Shown: piece after piece, positions 50,201 through 64,000 of the stretch | Position numbering within the stretch: the stretch's first letter is position 1 | How the letters are laid out: the number at the start of each line of letters is the position of its first letter | Origin: Haliotis cracherodii | Taxonomy: Eukaryota | Assembly (NCBI RefSeq): GCF_022045235.1 | Contig: NW_027266330.1 | Coordinates: 24,614,001 to 24,678,000, forward strand | Direction of reading: 5' to 3' | DNA: 64,000 nucleotides | Made by a program: the position numbers and the translations under genes | Notes under the pieces: generated by a model | Database searches by the model: none | What the model saw: only the letters and a program-made list of their open reading frames with translations | What the model was told of the DNA's origin: nothing

Positions 50201-52396
50201 GTTGGACACGATCAAACCAACCATCTACATCTCCGAGTGGTAGGTTGAGAGCATTTTGTTTTTGTTTATGGATTAACGTTAACACATCCGAGCCAAAACA
50301 TTTGCAAAGACTAAGTAAAAGATAAACATTGTCCAAAGTTTTCTTTTTGTCAAATCGTAAAGTTTATAAAACATTAAGGTATTGATTGTTATGTGTTTTT
50401 TAGTTTACCTGTATTTTCATATCAAAACACTCTTTACGAAATACATTAACATTTGTTACCATAACAACGAAATACTATTACAATGATTAAAATGATAACG
50501 TAGAGTGCTCTCATATCAAATAGATCCCCTTAGAATTGTTTAGAATTGATTTTCGGCCACCCATGCTTGTCGTAAGAAATATGTTCGTTTTGCAACACAG
50601 GTTGGTTTGGTTGGTTGGTTTGTTGTTTGACGCCGCACTCAACAATATTCCAGCTATATGACGGCGGTCTGTAAATAATCGAATATGGACCAGACAATCC
50701 AGTGATTAATATCATGAGCATCGATCCACGCAATTGGGATCGATGACATGCATCAACCAAGTCAACGAGCCTGACCACCCGACCCCGTTAGTCGCCTTTT
50801 ATGACAAATATAGTCGCCTTTTACGGCAAGCATGGGTTGCTGAAGACCTATTCTTCCCCGGATCTTCACGGGTCTGCAACACAGGTATGAGTTGGTATTG
50901 GTACATAAACTACAGCAAAATGACACCAAAGTTATGTATTTAGTATAGTATTGACACAACCCTGATTAATATTACTTTACGAAGGTAGGCCCAGGTTATC
51001 TTTATATTAAAGGTACGCTGCACGAAATGACTGCGCATGTCACTATGAGCTGGAGGTGAGGCTGTTGTCTGGTGACGAGCAACAGCTGGACCGATTCACC
51101 TTTGAGGATAATGTCCCACAGTGGACTTCCGGAGAGTGGACAAAGGTAGTTCCCCTGGCAACTTAGCTGTGTAGAGTTGAATCCCTTGGGCTAGCCAGGA
51201 TCTTATGACTTTGGGTTGAAATTTCAGATTCACGGTATTCTTCGTTTGTCAGCATGTTCGTTTCCTCAACAAAATTGGAAACGTCTAACATTTGTCACTT
51301 TTGTGAAGCACACGTATGGTGATAATGGGCCACGGAATATAATCAGCTCCATCTTAGATGTGTGTTTGTTTGTTTGTTGTTTAACGCCGCACTCGGCAAT
51401 ATTCCAGCTATATGACGGCGGTCTGTAAAATAATCGAGTCTGGACCAGGCATTCCAGTGATTGACGTCATGAGCATCGATCCACGCAATTGGGATTGATG
51501 ACATGCATCAACCAAGTCAGTGAGCCTGACCACCCGATCCCGTTAGTCGCCTTTTACGACAAGCATAGTCGTCTTTTAAGGCAAGTATGGGTTGCTGAAG
51601 ATCTATTCTACCCCGGAATCTTCATGGGTCCTGTCTTGGATGTGAATTCACATTCGGCACGGCTACAGGGCGTCATTCTGCCTTCCAAATATCAGTGCCT
51701 AACACCACTAAGCCCCCATGTTCCCTAGATATGCACTAAAGCTGCAAATGTAATTTGATATTTATATCCGATACAGTGATCTAGATCTTTGGTATTTTTT
51801 TATTTATAATGCGCACTTTTCCCTCTGATAACGAGTACTGTCTGTAGGGGTTAGCATATTATACACACAGAGTAAAAACAAAATAAATCTTATTGTCAGA
51901 ACTGATTATTTATGTTATTTACAGGAGCCATGATCAGATTACTTTTGGCACCTTGAAATCTGAGGTGTCAGAAAATGTAGACATATATAACGAAATGCCA
52001 TCATGTGACATCATTATAAGTCAAAGTTCTTGCTATTTGACTATATATTTGACAATACTTTATTCTGTCTCTTCGTGATTTGCGAACATTGGCTCTTACT
52101 TGTTTCATACATAAAATATAACTGGTAATTTACCACAATTCTACACAATAACAAGTTATCCTATTCAGTTCGTGTTACAATGCCTGTTTAAGAATTGAAA
52201 AAATAATTCTGTTTTAATAGGATATATTCAAATAAATGATCGCTGTTTTGTTTTTCAGGTGGAGCATCTGTTTACAGACTATAAGGCTGGCGTTAGGTTC
52301 ATTGAATTCCGACATCTTGGGGTTGATAGGCAGTTTTGGGCCGGACATTACGGACCAAAGTTTACGCTCTCATCTGTGAAATTTATGTTTGACTAA
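47264..52396 (+). CDS. F-box protein with FBA glycoprotein-binding domain (FBXO2/FBXO6/FBXO44 family), 258 aa
   Basis: Phase-consistent exons 47264-47525 (F-box VPESLIIEILLQVPAKDIV..C.LVSR; RNLIKNPCA), 49127-49231, 50101-50239 (WATSYG.CEK.Q), 51013-51145 (WYAARNDC...QW..GEW) and 52259-52396 (GVRFIEFRH.G.DRQFWAGHYG); 777 nt. Confidence 0.93.
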
Positions 52397-55300
52397 TGCA
52401 GAATAGTTAATCTCAGACTCAGTATTTTCAGAACTAACCTGAGAGAGCAATATCGACTGGTCGCCATAGCAACCGTTAGTTATCATGGTAACCACAAACA
52501 TGTAATATTTGGAGATGGAGGTGAATACATGTATCCAACTGATATTCCTGAATAATTTATCGACAAAATATTATCTGTAGGATAAGACACTTCAGGAAGT
52601 GAAATTTGATTAATTGAAACTCGCCTATTGTGTGTTATTTGTGAAGCTTGACATAAGCTGAAGGTGGTAGTGGTTTGATTTGTTGACAGTTTGTGTTATT
52701 ACTGTATTGCTTAAAGTGCAGGTATCATGGAAAATAGTAATAGATTTTCTTACACCCTTATGTAGCCAGTGTGCAGTACTATAGGATGGCCGAGAAAAAA
52801 AGTGTGAATACCAAACCTTAGTTGTTGCGCTTAGTTAAAAGTACATATTTTGATATCTGTGTTTGTCAGAACCAAAACGAATCTTAATTAGCACGGATGG
52901 CTTGCCTGCAAGCTGATTAGGTATTAGAATTGTAGGGAGACCTGTATATATATATAATACAGGTATGGATTCCATGTTTGTCAAGAGTAGTGAGTGAGTG
53001 AGTATGGTTTTACGCCGCTTTTACCAATATTCCAGCAATACCACGGCGGGGGACACCAGAAATGGGCTTCACACATTGTACGCATGTCGGGAATCGAACC
53101 CGGGTCTTCGGCGTGACGAGCGAACGCGTTAACCACTAGGCTACCCGACCGCCCCCTTATGGGGAAATAAGTCAGGTAGAGCAAGACTAGTATCCTGCCC
53201 TTCACCTCCTATAGCGGCAGCAGGCAAAGAGAGCAAACGCTCTTGGGCAGGAAAACCAGTCTAGAACATGTGATTTTCTCAAACCATAACAAATTAGACA
53301 TTTCTTCTCAAATAATCTATTTTGCTCTCTGGGAGCGTTGTATAAGCCACGGCGCAGTTGCGGGACATCCTGTACTGTATGTCTTTTTCCTTGTTCTAAG
53401 TTCAGGATTTCCTTCCCACATCTGGCAAAAGGATGTTTGTTCAATGTTTAATGCAATCTATCTGCTTTTGGGGTATAATGCACATATTTCCTGTACACCG
53501 GGACAGTATACATGAGATATCGTAAAGGATATCATAAATCAATCCTGAACTTTGTTCTAGTTTTTTGTTCAGAAGACATGCTCAAGTAATCTACGTTAAA
53601 TGCAAACAGTATCTGTATCTATTGAATCAACTGACATAGAGTCCAAAGGCGTATCACTTGTCCTTGTTATTGTTCACTATCCGCGGGATAGCATTGTTAT
53701 CGCACGCTGAAGTCTAAAATAATATGGTTCCAGCAATATCAGTTGAATGATTTCACTGTGTAGCATTTAGACTAGTTATTGTTTTAGTTGAGCATTGTTA
53801 TTTCTAAGGTTAAGCAGTCCACTGGTATCATTCTAGCTTTGTTTACAACTTATATATTTCGGCTGTAGTTGTATTATTAAACCCAATGAATAGAATGTCG
53901 TTAAATGTGAGTTAGTTAGTATTACGACATACTTGCGACATATTTACCACGTCCCGCAACGTCATTGCTACTTATTTACGCTTATTTTTTTAAACACATT
54001 TTAGTTTTCCTTTGGACTCATCCTTTCGAATTCTTTATATTAATCTTCAATAAAGTTGGTTGGTTTGTTGTTTAACGCCGCACTGAGCAATATTCCATTC
54101 CAGCTATATGACGGCGGTCTGTAAATAATCGAGTCTGGACCAGACAATCCAGTGATTGATATCATGAGCATCGATCCACGCAATTGGGATCGATGACATG
54201 CATCAACCAAGTCAGCGAGCCTGACCAACCGATCCCGTTAGTCGCCTTTTACGACAAGCATAGTCACCTTTTACGGCAAGCATTGGTTGCTGAAGACCGA
54301 TTCTACCCCGGATCTTCACGGGTCCTATCTATGAAGGACAACGGCTTCATTGATCAGTTGTACATAACAATAAAGAGAGGGAGCAGCATTAATCACAACA
54401 TCAACATTTATTGCAATATGGGTTTAACTGTTTATCTTTAAAAGAGAATAATATAATTTCAATCTCGGGCATTTCCTGTTTATTTTACCCAGCTCATTTT
54501 ACCTCGTGGGCCGAGTTGTTAATCAGAATATTTTCAAACATGTTTTTTTCGCAATAACTTGTCAGCGCCTGCAAGGTTCAATGCAATCCAAATACCACAA
54601 CATTAATACAGAACGTTTATCCTGTAGTATACAAGGTACTGACCTACTTTGTTTGTTTGTTTGTTTGTTTAACGCTGCACTCTGCAATATTCCAGCTATA
54701 TGACGGCGGTATTTAAATAATCGAGCCTGGAGCAGACAATCCAGTGATTGATGTCATGAACATCGATCCACACAATTGGGATCGATGACATGCATCAACC
54801 AAGTCAGAGACCCTTACCTTAACGACCCCGTTAGACGCCTCTTACGACAAGCATAGTCGCCAATTACGGCAAGCATGGGTTGCCGAAGACCTATTCTACC
54901 CCAGATCTTCACGGGTCACTGGCCTTCTAGATATACTGAAATTATTTCATGTTTTTTAAATATTAAAATGTTTACTCATTTGGGGAAAAACCAAATAGAA
55001 TGATGAATAGATGAGTAAAACAATATTGGTTAAATCAAATAGAAACCTTCGAGTAAAAAACAGCATTTTTAGCATTAAATCGGTTCATATTTTTCATATT
55101 TACCGAGAGTTCAATTTCCATAATAAACGCAACATGGGTTATATCATTTGCAATATGACGTCACTGGTGCCAACTGATAGAGGAATGACGTCATAAGACC
55201 CGTTTCACGTGGTGTAGATAGAAGTGTGTGATTCTAGCTGCTCATATGCGCAGGCTACTGTTTTGTTCGGTTGTTTGAGTGTACTGAAAACTTTATTTAA

Positions 55301-56679
55301 AAGAAAGATTTTATGGAAGCTTTACTATTTTATTTTACTGGTAGCTATGGAAGAGTTGCTTCCCCTTAGTTGTATGTTTTAGAAATGGCGGAGACCCGTG
55401 AATATTCCGGGGTAGAATAGGTCTTCAGCAACCCATACTTGCGGTTAAAGGCGACTATACTTGTCGTAAAAGGCGACTAACGGGGTCGGGTGGTCAGGAC
55501 GAACCGGGATTCGAACCCACAATCAAGGGTTACTGGCGTGCCCAAGGGACGCAGCTCTGCACAGCGAATCGCGGCGCCTTAGACGACTGGGCCACCCGTG
55601 CCCCCTTTGACAACAGGATGAACCGAGTATGACGTTGTGTACATATCATGACTACATTTAATATATGTGTATATACATCTGATGTAACAGTCAAATCTGA
55701 GATGAACGTTTATAAAATAAGTACATCTGACTTAACACGTCTTTTTGTTTTGTTATATCTTGATGTTTAGCTATGGGTCATTCCATTATCAATCAAGGTA
55801 ACAGCATTGCACTTTGTTGTGCACTCAACCAGAAAGGTTGTTAGTTCAAGGTGTCTAACAACTGGCTGTCTAACTAATGGGAGGACACCACTACCCCCTG
55901 TGGTCGACTCCTTTGCTCCAAGCGATCTGGAGACGTAACACATTGGTGCATGGCACATGCTCTGCTGGGGAATAAATGTCTGGCTGATATGGGGGTCGAG
56001 GTTGAAATGGGGTATGATATGGAAGCTGCCATATAATAACCTTTTTATCATATACCCTAACATAAAATTGTAAAATGTATCTATTTGCAAGTGATTGCAA
56101 AACACGTTCACCTTGTTTGGAAGTCATTGTCAAGAGAAAGCTAGCGGAGCAGACGACGCACTAACGTAACTCTAATTCCTTACCTCCCGGGCTGATATTG
56201 CAAATGGTATACGATGGCATGAATCAACCAAGTCAGCGAGCCTGACCATCCGATCCCGTTGGACGCCCTTTACGACAAGCGTCGCCTGTTACGGCAAGCA
56301 TGGGTTGCTGAAGATCTATTCTACCCCTGATCTTCACGGGCGATGGGCTGATATCGATTGCCCTTTCAAAGTGCATAAACAAGGCATACCAGTCCTGGCA
56401 GGGTGTGTAACACGGGTCTCGTTATGTACTCCCTGTGATATGACCGTCCTCATGCTGGGGTAGGGTGATAAATTTTCTGAAGCCCGCCATGAGCATACAT
56501 CCTTCATACACCGGGTTAGGGCAAACAGCCGCACGCTCCGAAGTAGGAGGATCACTCGGGTGTTATGCGTTCCACTATATACCACCATATATATGACTGG
56601 CATCCAGAAGTTGGCAAAATAAGTAAGAAAAACGTACAACTTTATGGATAACAACGTCTGGTTTATCTACCGCCTAGTA

Positions 56680-56930
56680 TATACCCACATCAAAGAACAC
56701 AAGACTTCACCAGCAAACCAGCAAGACAGCACATCAGCCCTCTCAGACCACCAGCAATAATTCCCTAGCCTCCAAATTCAGTTTGACAAAGTCCAAATCC
56801 TCTCAACAAAACATCAGGACTTCACAAAAGAAAACACTCAGAAGCGGTAGAAATCGGCCGTCACAAACCTTTGATCAACAGAGATCATGGGTATTATATC
56901 TAGTCTGCCTACGAAGATCTAATTAAGCAA
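56680..56930 (+). mobile_element. Penelope-like GIY-YIG endonuclease 3' remnant
   Basis: IKEHK...SALSDH...IQFDKVQIL...EAVEI...PLINRDHG motif order, with stops. Confidence 0.7.
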
Positions 56931-58129
56931 TATTCTATTTTAATTAGGAGCCAATCAGCTTGTCACAACTGTATATCCCTTTAATCCCTTTAAATCACCT
57001 TATTGGGGTTATTTATGCAAATGAGTCATTGATGTTGAATTTACACAAGTTACTGTAAATCCAACTGTATTTGTTTCATTGCAACGCAGTTTCTCTGATC
57101 ATACCAATCCCTTCACAGCTGAGCTTCCGTATCATAGTAATATACGTCACTTGTTTTGAGAACTTGCACAACAAGGACGACCATCTGGGGAGGATTTATA
57201 GCCGAGTCAGCATAACTCATAACTCGTGTGTCTGTCGTCAGCCCGAAAACATCCGATATCTTTGTGTGCATGTGGTGCAATGGCCAAACACTTTTGCCTG
57301 GATGTACGTCGATATTCGACGAGAAAAGAAAGGAAATGAATCCTGTGTTTCAGATTTAATTTTAAAGAGATTCAGTTTATGGGCCATTCACGAACAATGT
57401 CAATTTAGTTTTATTTTGAAAGCACAAATATTGCCATAGTAAATACATAACCATTTGAGCTTTCGAAAATCTGAAAATCACACCATAATTCAAATCGATG
57501 TTTTAATTACAGTCATGCCCCGCTTATACGGACTTCAGATATCCGGAAACCTCGGTTCCCGGACGATTTTCATTCAAAACGAAATAATTACTATACACTG
57601 TGTATACTTTCCAAAAATATAATACCTTCTCTGTACCCCATATACGTCATGTCTCACCACGACGAGGCGTTTTGTGGACCGGGTGGTCAAGTTGGGTGAC
57701 TTCCGTGTCGTACCCCGACGGCGTGGTTCGATACTCATAATATCAATCACTAAATATATTTACAGACCGACGCCATATTACTGGAGTATGGCTTTAAACA
57801 ACACCGATCAATATTCTATCAAGAGTTTGACACGGCCACTGAGCTCGTTGTCTGAGTGGTACGTCTGATTTTTCTCCGAATTGAGCTCTGTTGACTAGAA
57901 CTTGTTATATAACCACGGATCATGGACTGGATAACAGAATATATAATAACTAAATGGATTTCAAATTGTATTGGCGCAGACCGAGCATAATCAATGTCAC
58001 GAAGGAAAATGTATAATAAATAATTCCAAAGAGGTAATCCAATAACACATCATCTCAGACACACACATCTCACAATGACACGTGTACACTGGTGTAAACA
58101 GCATTGTTTTCAGAGTGGCAGTCAGTGAT

Positions 58130-59620
58130 CATATTTAATCAATCTTTATTCAAGCACTTAGGCGGCCACAGGCCTATATTAGATATCACAAATGTGTTGC
58201 ACACAATTTTTACTATTATTTTCAAGTATGGTTCCAGCTGTTGTACATAAGCGTACAAGTTTTGAGTAGATTATTTAACAGTAGTCGGAAGTTCACAATA
58301 TTCATGAAAGAAGTATGCAGGAAAAAACATTTTCCCCCCAGTGGAGTACAACTGACATACCAGTAAACATCTATATTCATCCTAATTAGCTAGGATATTA
58401 CATATTTTTTCACATAATCGATCTGACCAAGGAGTCCTTGTATGTCGCCCACCCTCAATGCATAGTTCATGGGATGTACATCGAAACCATGCCAATGAAT
58501 AACAATATTTCTTAATATTTACATCTCACAGATATTGTTCAGTATACATATGTTTGAGTTTTCATTCAACATTCTAGCCTTTCTAGGATATACATGCATG
58601 TTGGATAATGTCCAAGAAAATGATCACGACTGCAGATAAATATTTTTTAGCCTCTGTAGAGAAGACTTGATAAATACACTTTCACATTGTGCATACCACT
58701 ATTGTACAACAATATTTTCACACCCAGTTATTCTTTCCACTCGTATCACATAACATCATGATATTATTGTTACATTTCGTTGTATCTCGATGAATGTATT
58801 TTCCGGAGTTTCACTCAGTACATTACACCTCTTAGTTGTGAATAATGAGTGAGTTGGGTTTAACGCCACTTTTAACATTACTCCAGTTATATCGCGGCGT
58901 GCCAGCTTAATGTGGGAGGAAAGCCCGAAGTGATGCAGGTCTCAGACGTTTACCACTTCGGTGAAACCCACGAGCACGCGTATGGTGCTGACATACCTAG
59001 AAACATAATGGGGATTCGAACCCACAATCATAGGTTTCTGGGGTGCCTAAGGGACGCAACTCTGCATAGCGAATCACTACGCCTTAGACGACTGGGCCAC
59101 CTGTGCCACCTGTGAATAATGAATAGAGGGTATCTACGACAATCAGAACAAACCATTGCGTTAGATGTGTTGATTGTTACACCAAGAAATCTTTTATATG
59201 CACTGAAGTGAACCTTTTCGACATCATTGAAGTGTTGTAATCCCCATATTTCAGCACCGTACATTAAGATTGGGTTAATTTTAAAATGGAAATTCTAAAA
59301 GAATGACTTGTAACTGATATCTCCAAGAATGTTTATATTCTTCATTATACCAAATAAAACTTTCTTGGCCTGGGTTGATGTTTCTCTTGCATGACTGTGA
59401 AGACCAATTCAGATTGTTACTGACATAAACACCTAAAGATTAATAGTGTGTAGTTACATCCAAAGTTTCAGTTTTAAAGGACCATTTTCTTCATTTTTGG
59501 TACGTTTACAGCTATTTTTTAACACAATCATTTTAGTTTTGACTCCAGTAGCAGTGAGTTTCCATTTTCCACAGTCATTTTCCAATACATATTTTTGCTT
59601 TTGGAAGTCAACAACTGTGC
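58130..59620 (-). mobile_element. Degraded LINE ORF2, interrupted by a family C SINE (58846-59108)
   Basis: YGAEIWG...VEKVH..AYKRFLGV...RYPLFI; SINE flanked by gtgaataatga on both sides. Confidence 0.8.
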
Positions 59621-60487
59621 TTGAGAAAACAGGTACCACAGATCCCTACTTTTCGTAATGACACGACTACGCCGGTGTCAAAAACGTTGTTAACACAAAG
59701 CAGTGAGTATCGTATGTAAGTGTTAGTATTGATTCATGAATACGGAATATGGTGATACAACTGTATCCATTTATAACTAATAATTACCCACGCTTAACTT
59801 TACCAGGGAACTATAGGTAGCGTGTCTCCTTACTTACCGCGTATGGTAAAGAACGCAGTTGACTTGAGTTCTGTATTTCAACTTCCTATTCCTATGGCAA
59901 TCTGACTCCCAATTCGAGGTCCAGTGGCTAAGGCGCTGCAATTGGCTGTGATTTGTGTTCCTTAGAAACCTATGATGATGGGTTTAAATCCCTTATCTTG
60001 TTTCTTGGTTAGTAAGCACCATATCCGTGCTCGTGCTTTTCACCAAAGTGGTAAACATGTATCACCTCAGACGTTCCTCTCATATCAAACCTTGATATAA
60101 GGGAAATACTTTTCAAAACACATTCTCTCACACACGCCCTATTCCTTGAGAAAACAGCCATGCCCTGAGGCAACGCTGAAGCGCTGCTTGAGGGCGAAAG
60201 CAAAAATATACTGAACAGCATTGAAAACGCACCACCATGAAAATGGATGTATGTTTATCGGGGGTAAGTCATATGAAAATATATAAGTGAATGAGTAATA
60301 AACGACGTTCTGGACGAAGCATGAAGAAGAACAGATCGTCAAAACACATTCCTAATTTTTCACAGGAAGCATGCGGAATAGGGCTGTAAAAGACAGACTT
60401 TTAAAAGCCACATCACTTTTGCTGCAGACGTACAGGGTACTGACACAAGAAATGCCAAGCACAGCAAAAAAAGTGTAGGTTTCCGTC

Positions 60488-60718
60488 TTCCGGAAACCTT
60501 CCGGAAACCTTCCGGATACCTTCCCATTTTGGATCCGGCCCGGATACCTTCCGGAAACCTTCCGGAAACCTTCCAAAAAAAATGTCAAAATTTGGGGGGT
60601 GCATTTTGTTCACTTAAGTGTGAAACACATAAAAAAAGTAACTTGAAAATACCAAGCAATTTGAAGGTTGTTGAAGGCATCTGGAAGGTTTCCGGAAGGT
60701 TTCCGGAAGGTATCCGGA
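60488..60718. repeat. Inverted clusters of an 11-bp repeat (ccttccggaaa), likely DNA-transposon subterminal repeats
   Basis: ccttccggaaa/ccttccggata arrays at 60488-60575, mirrored by ggaaggtttccggaagg at 60682-60718. Confidence 0.75.
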
Positions 60719-63700
60719 TGCAAATTTTCTTCATGACTTGCTTCTGGTAAATAATGTTAGCCTGTGCATTACAGGTACCTGTTGTAATATTCTGTGTTAT
60801 TTTAATGGTAAATATCCTCCTAAAACATTTTTGGAGAAGAAAATTGTTCAATTTCATATTTTGTCCTTTTCGGATGTTAATGGTATTTAATGAACAAACA
60901 TCAGTTCTTGTATAATGATATCGTTAAATTTCATGTCCAGACTTCCAGTTTGTACTGAGAAAAAGAAAAAGTTACAGGTACCTGTTGTAATATTCTGTGT
61001 TATTTTAATGGTAAATATCCTCCTCAAACTGAGATATGTGGGCATGCATTGTTCACAAGTTGTTTTGCGACATGGGTCCAATGCGTGAAGCTTATTGCTG
61101 GTGTCCGCCACCATGATATTGTTGCAATATTGCTAAAAGTGGCAAAACAGCATTTTCACTCAGAAAAAAATGGAAAGTCATTGGCTATGTGCTTTGGCAT
61201 TTGGCCCTGGTGAGATTAACAGATTAGTTTGGAACGTTATCAGTACTTGTTATATCGGGACAGTGTAGTTTCATGGGAATATAAAACAGAATACAATTGT
61301 CCCAAATTGGTGCATAAGACTAATGGCATCCATAGAAAACACCTAAATAAAGTACAGAAAAAATATCAATGTCATTTGTCTACTAAGGTGGAACTACAAC
61401 TTTTGTTAAGTATTTATAGTAGGAAAACATTCAGGGCATTAGTACATTTCATATTTGTTCAGCACCTATGTTATGGCTGATCAGTATTATATATCTTTAT
61501 GCTAATGAAGCAAAACAAATCATGTTTTTGGAAAAAAATCTTATTTATTGATTATATGGCATTTCATTGGTACATATCACAAATTGAAATTTGATCAAGC
61601 AAGAAGAGGAACTAGCATAAAGTAACCAGTGGTGTTTGCAAGTTGCAAGGCCTTACAGAACAGACGCTTCAATGCCATTTTCTAAATAAACAAATTAGTC
61701 AAATCTCAGAAGAATTTTATTGAAGAAGAATATCTAAAGTCAATTATGTTTCTGCAGTAAACCACAAAAGTCATTCAGATGCGTATGGTCAGCATCGGTG
61801 TACACAACCTGGACATAGTCACAGTGCTTTGGCATAAATTCATTCAGACTTCATTAGTGTCATAATAAAACCACCTACAGTAACACTGATGTGGCATTAT
61901 TCATTCAGAATCATCACTTTCTGAGGTGAATCTGTTGGTTGTTATCAGGAGTACTGTTCATCTTCCGGCGAGTCCCTTGTCTGAATTGTGTGAGCAAGAT
62001 CTTCTTAAATGTAGCTGGTGTCAGATTGTGAAATCCAGGTACCTGAAACATTTCATAACATCTTTAGAAACTTGTTAGTCAAAAGTTATGAAACACACAC
62101 ATATTTACAAATGTTTAAAGTTGTTTTCTCAAACAGTGAGGTATTGACAATTTATCTTGCAACTGATATTTAACCAATCTTTGAACATGTAAATAAGCCA
62201 TTGCAAACAGAAAAGTGTTCAGAAAATACAAAAATGTATCCGGTCTTCTAAAACAATACCACACCTGAATTTTGCTTGAATGTTTGCATTACATCAAAAT
62301 GTAAGGAAGGGTAAACAAGACTATGCAAAACTAAGTTACATAGGTTCTTATACATAAATACATAAATGCAACTATTCATAATTATCAAAACACATGTCAT
62401 GTAAGTGATCTCAAAATACAACATAATGAGCGAGTGAGTTGGTATAGTTTCATGCAGCTTGTTAGCAATATTCCAGCTATGGGCTTCACACATTGTACCC
62501 ATGTGGTGAATTGAACCCGGGTTTCAGAGACTGTTTCACCCACTAGGCTACCCTTGCACACCAAATACAAAAGAAAGTATATTAGGCATTCAGACAATAG
62601 ATATTCTCACCAAATTCATTAATTCATTAATGGAAGCTATATTGAAATTCAAATTTTGACAAATTAGGATGAGACTGTAGAAGCATTTATCTAAGTTATT
62701 ATGGATATTAAATATCTACCGTTAATTGGTAGTCCATCATAGACAGTGATAAGAAATTCAACTGAAAAGTACAACCTGAACCATCAACTAAAAACTATGT
62801 ATATTACATTAAAGGGGCCGGTCATGTATTACCGGTATGTTCTCATTCATTTTTGACACAACCCTCCCTGAAAGAAAATGCAAAGCACTTTATATTTTAT
62901 TGTCCATTTTGTCAAGTCTCCCCTAGAGACTCTCACATTTTGGGGTGACCCTCCCTGTTTGTTCTGATCTGAATTCAAATATTCATGACTCATTATCATA
63001 TTTTATCATTCATCCTATCTTTTTTGAAAATTAACTAAATGAAGATTAACAATAACATGCAAATCTGCCAAATATTGGCCTGGCAAAGTTTAAATTAATC
63101 ATAATTACTGTTATAAAGTTTTGGATCCATCGTCTGTTTCTAAATACAGTGAAACCCAACTTTGACTTGTGTGGCATTGTTGAATCATCTACCCAATATT
63201 CTTTATGCATTGATATGCATCTGCACAGAGTGGTCAAAGTCTGTGTCTGACACATAGTGTGCTACAAGGGAGACATCAGTTTGTGTCTGGCCAAACTGTC
63301 TGATAATCTCAAGGGCTGCCTTGGTAGCATCAAAGGATGTAGCTAATCCTAAATAAACATAAAACAAGTGACATCATCTCTTCTACAGAACACATGATCA
63401 AAGCCCGCCCCACCTTTGATGTTTATTACCTTGCTACTCTAAAAACAGCTATTTAGCAAAATGAACTCAATGTCAACTCATTGTGGACTAGGGATTAACA
63501 GGGCAATTAGTGTCGGGTGGGTATTAGTACTTGCAATTGTCTGTTAATTACTTAATTGAGTAGTGACGGCTTGTGCCTTTACAACTGCTATTCAACTTAT
63601 CGAGTCAGTTTACTATGTCACATGCTTCTTGGGACCAAGGAAATGTATCTTGCTGGATAACAGGTTTTTTTTCTTATTTATCAGAGATCAGAAATAATAA

Positions 63701-64000
63701 TAATGACGTTTTTGATGTGCATTTCTTTGTTGTGTTCACTAGGATGATGGTGATGGTGTTTGAATTATTAGACACTATTTTTTTCCAAAAGAGGAATAGG
63801 GTTGGTGAAGAGGCAAAGCTTATTTGACCAACATATATATTGATATACAGAAACTGTACAACAAACAGATTAACTGTATCTACAGTTGAAACTATCATGA
63901 TGCAAATTTTCACTGAATCAAAGAACAGAACAGGTTGTAGTGATTGAAGGTCACATTAAACTTGCTAATTTCAAATCATTCATCCCACACTTATGATTTG

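Noticed and set aside
55767-56111. Minus-strand ORF with STTGGSG (serine-protease-like motif)
   Set aside because: There are no other catalytic motifs or supporting exons, so it is too weak to call.

Overview
AT-rich, repeat-dense eukaryotic (animal) genomic DNA. The SINE/LINE/Tc1 repertoire suggests a mollusc, possibly a gastropod such as abalone (inference). Two spliced host genes lie on the + strand: a CARD-coiled coil-B30.2/SPRY gene (28435-39394) and an F-box/FBA gene of the FBXO2/6/44 family (47264-52396). The rest is Tc1/mariner relics, LINE and Penelope fragments, a Gypsy remnant, MITEs, four SINE-like families and two minisatellites. The most notable object is an apparently intact 7.3-kb P-superfamily DNA transposon (6827-14145; CACGG...CCGTG TIRs, TTGGTAT target duplication) with two convergent spliced genes. 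Gene 1 is a P/THAP9-type DDE transposase that lacks both the N-terminal THAP finger and the C-terminal domain. Gene 2 encodes a C2H2 zinc finger fused to what looks like that missing C-terminal domain. This suggests a split, two-component P transposase. A secondary candidate is a structured, pseudoknotted RNA head on a high-copy retroposon family that has no tRNA head. All gene models and family calls were made by eye.
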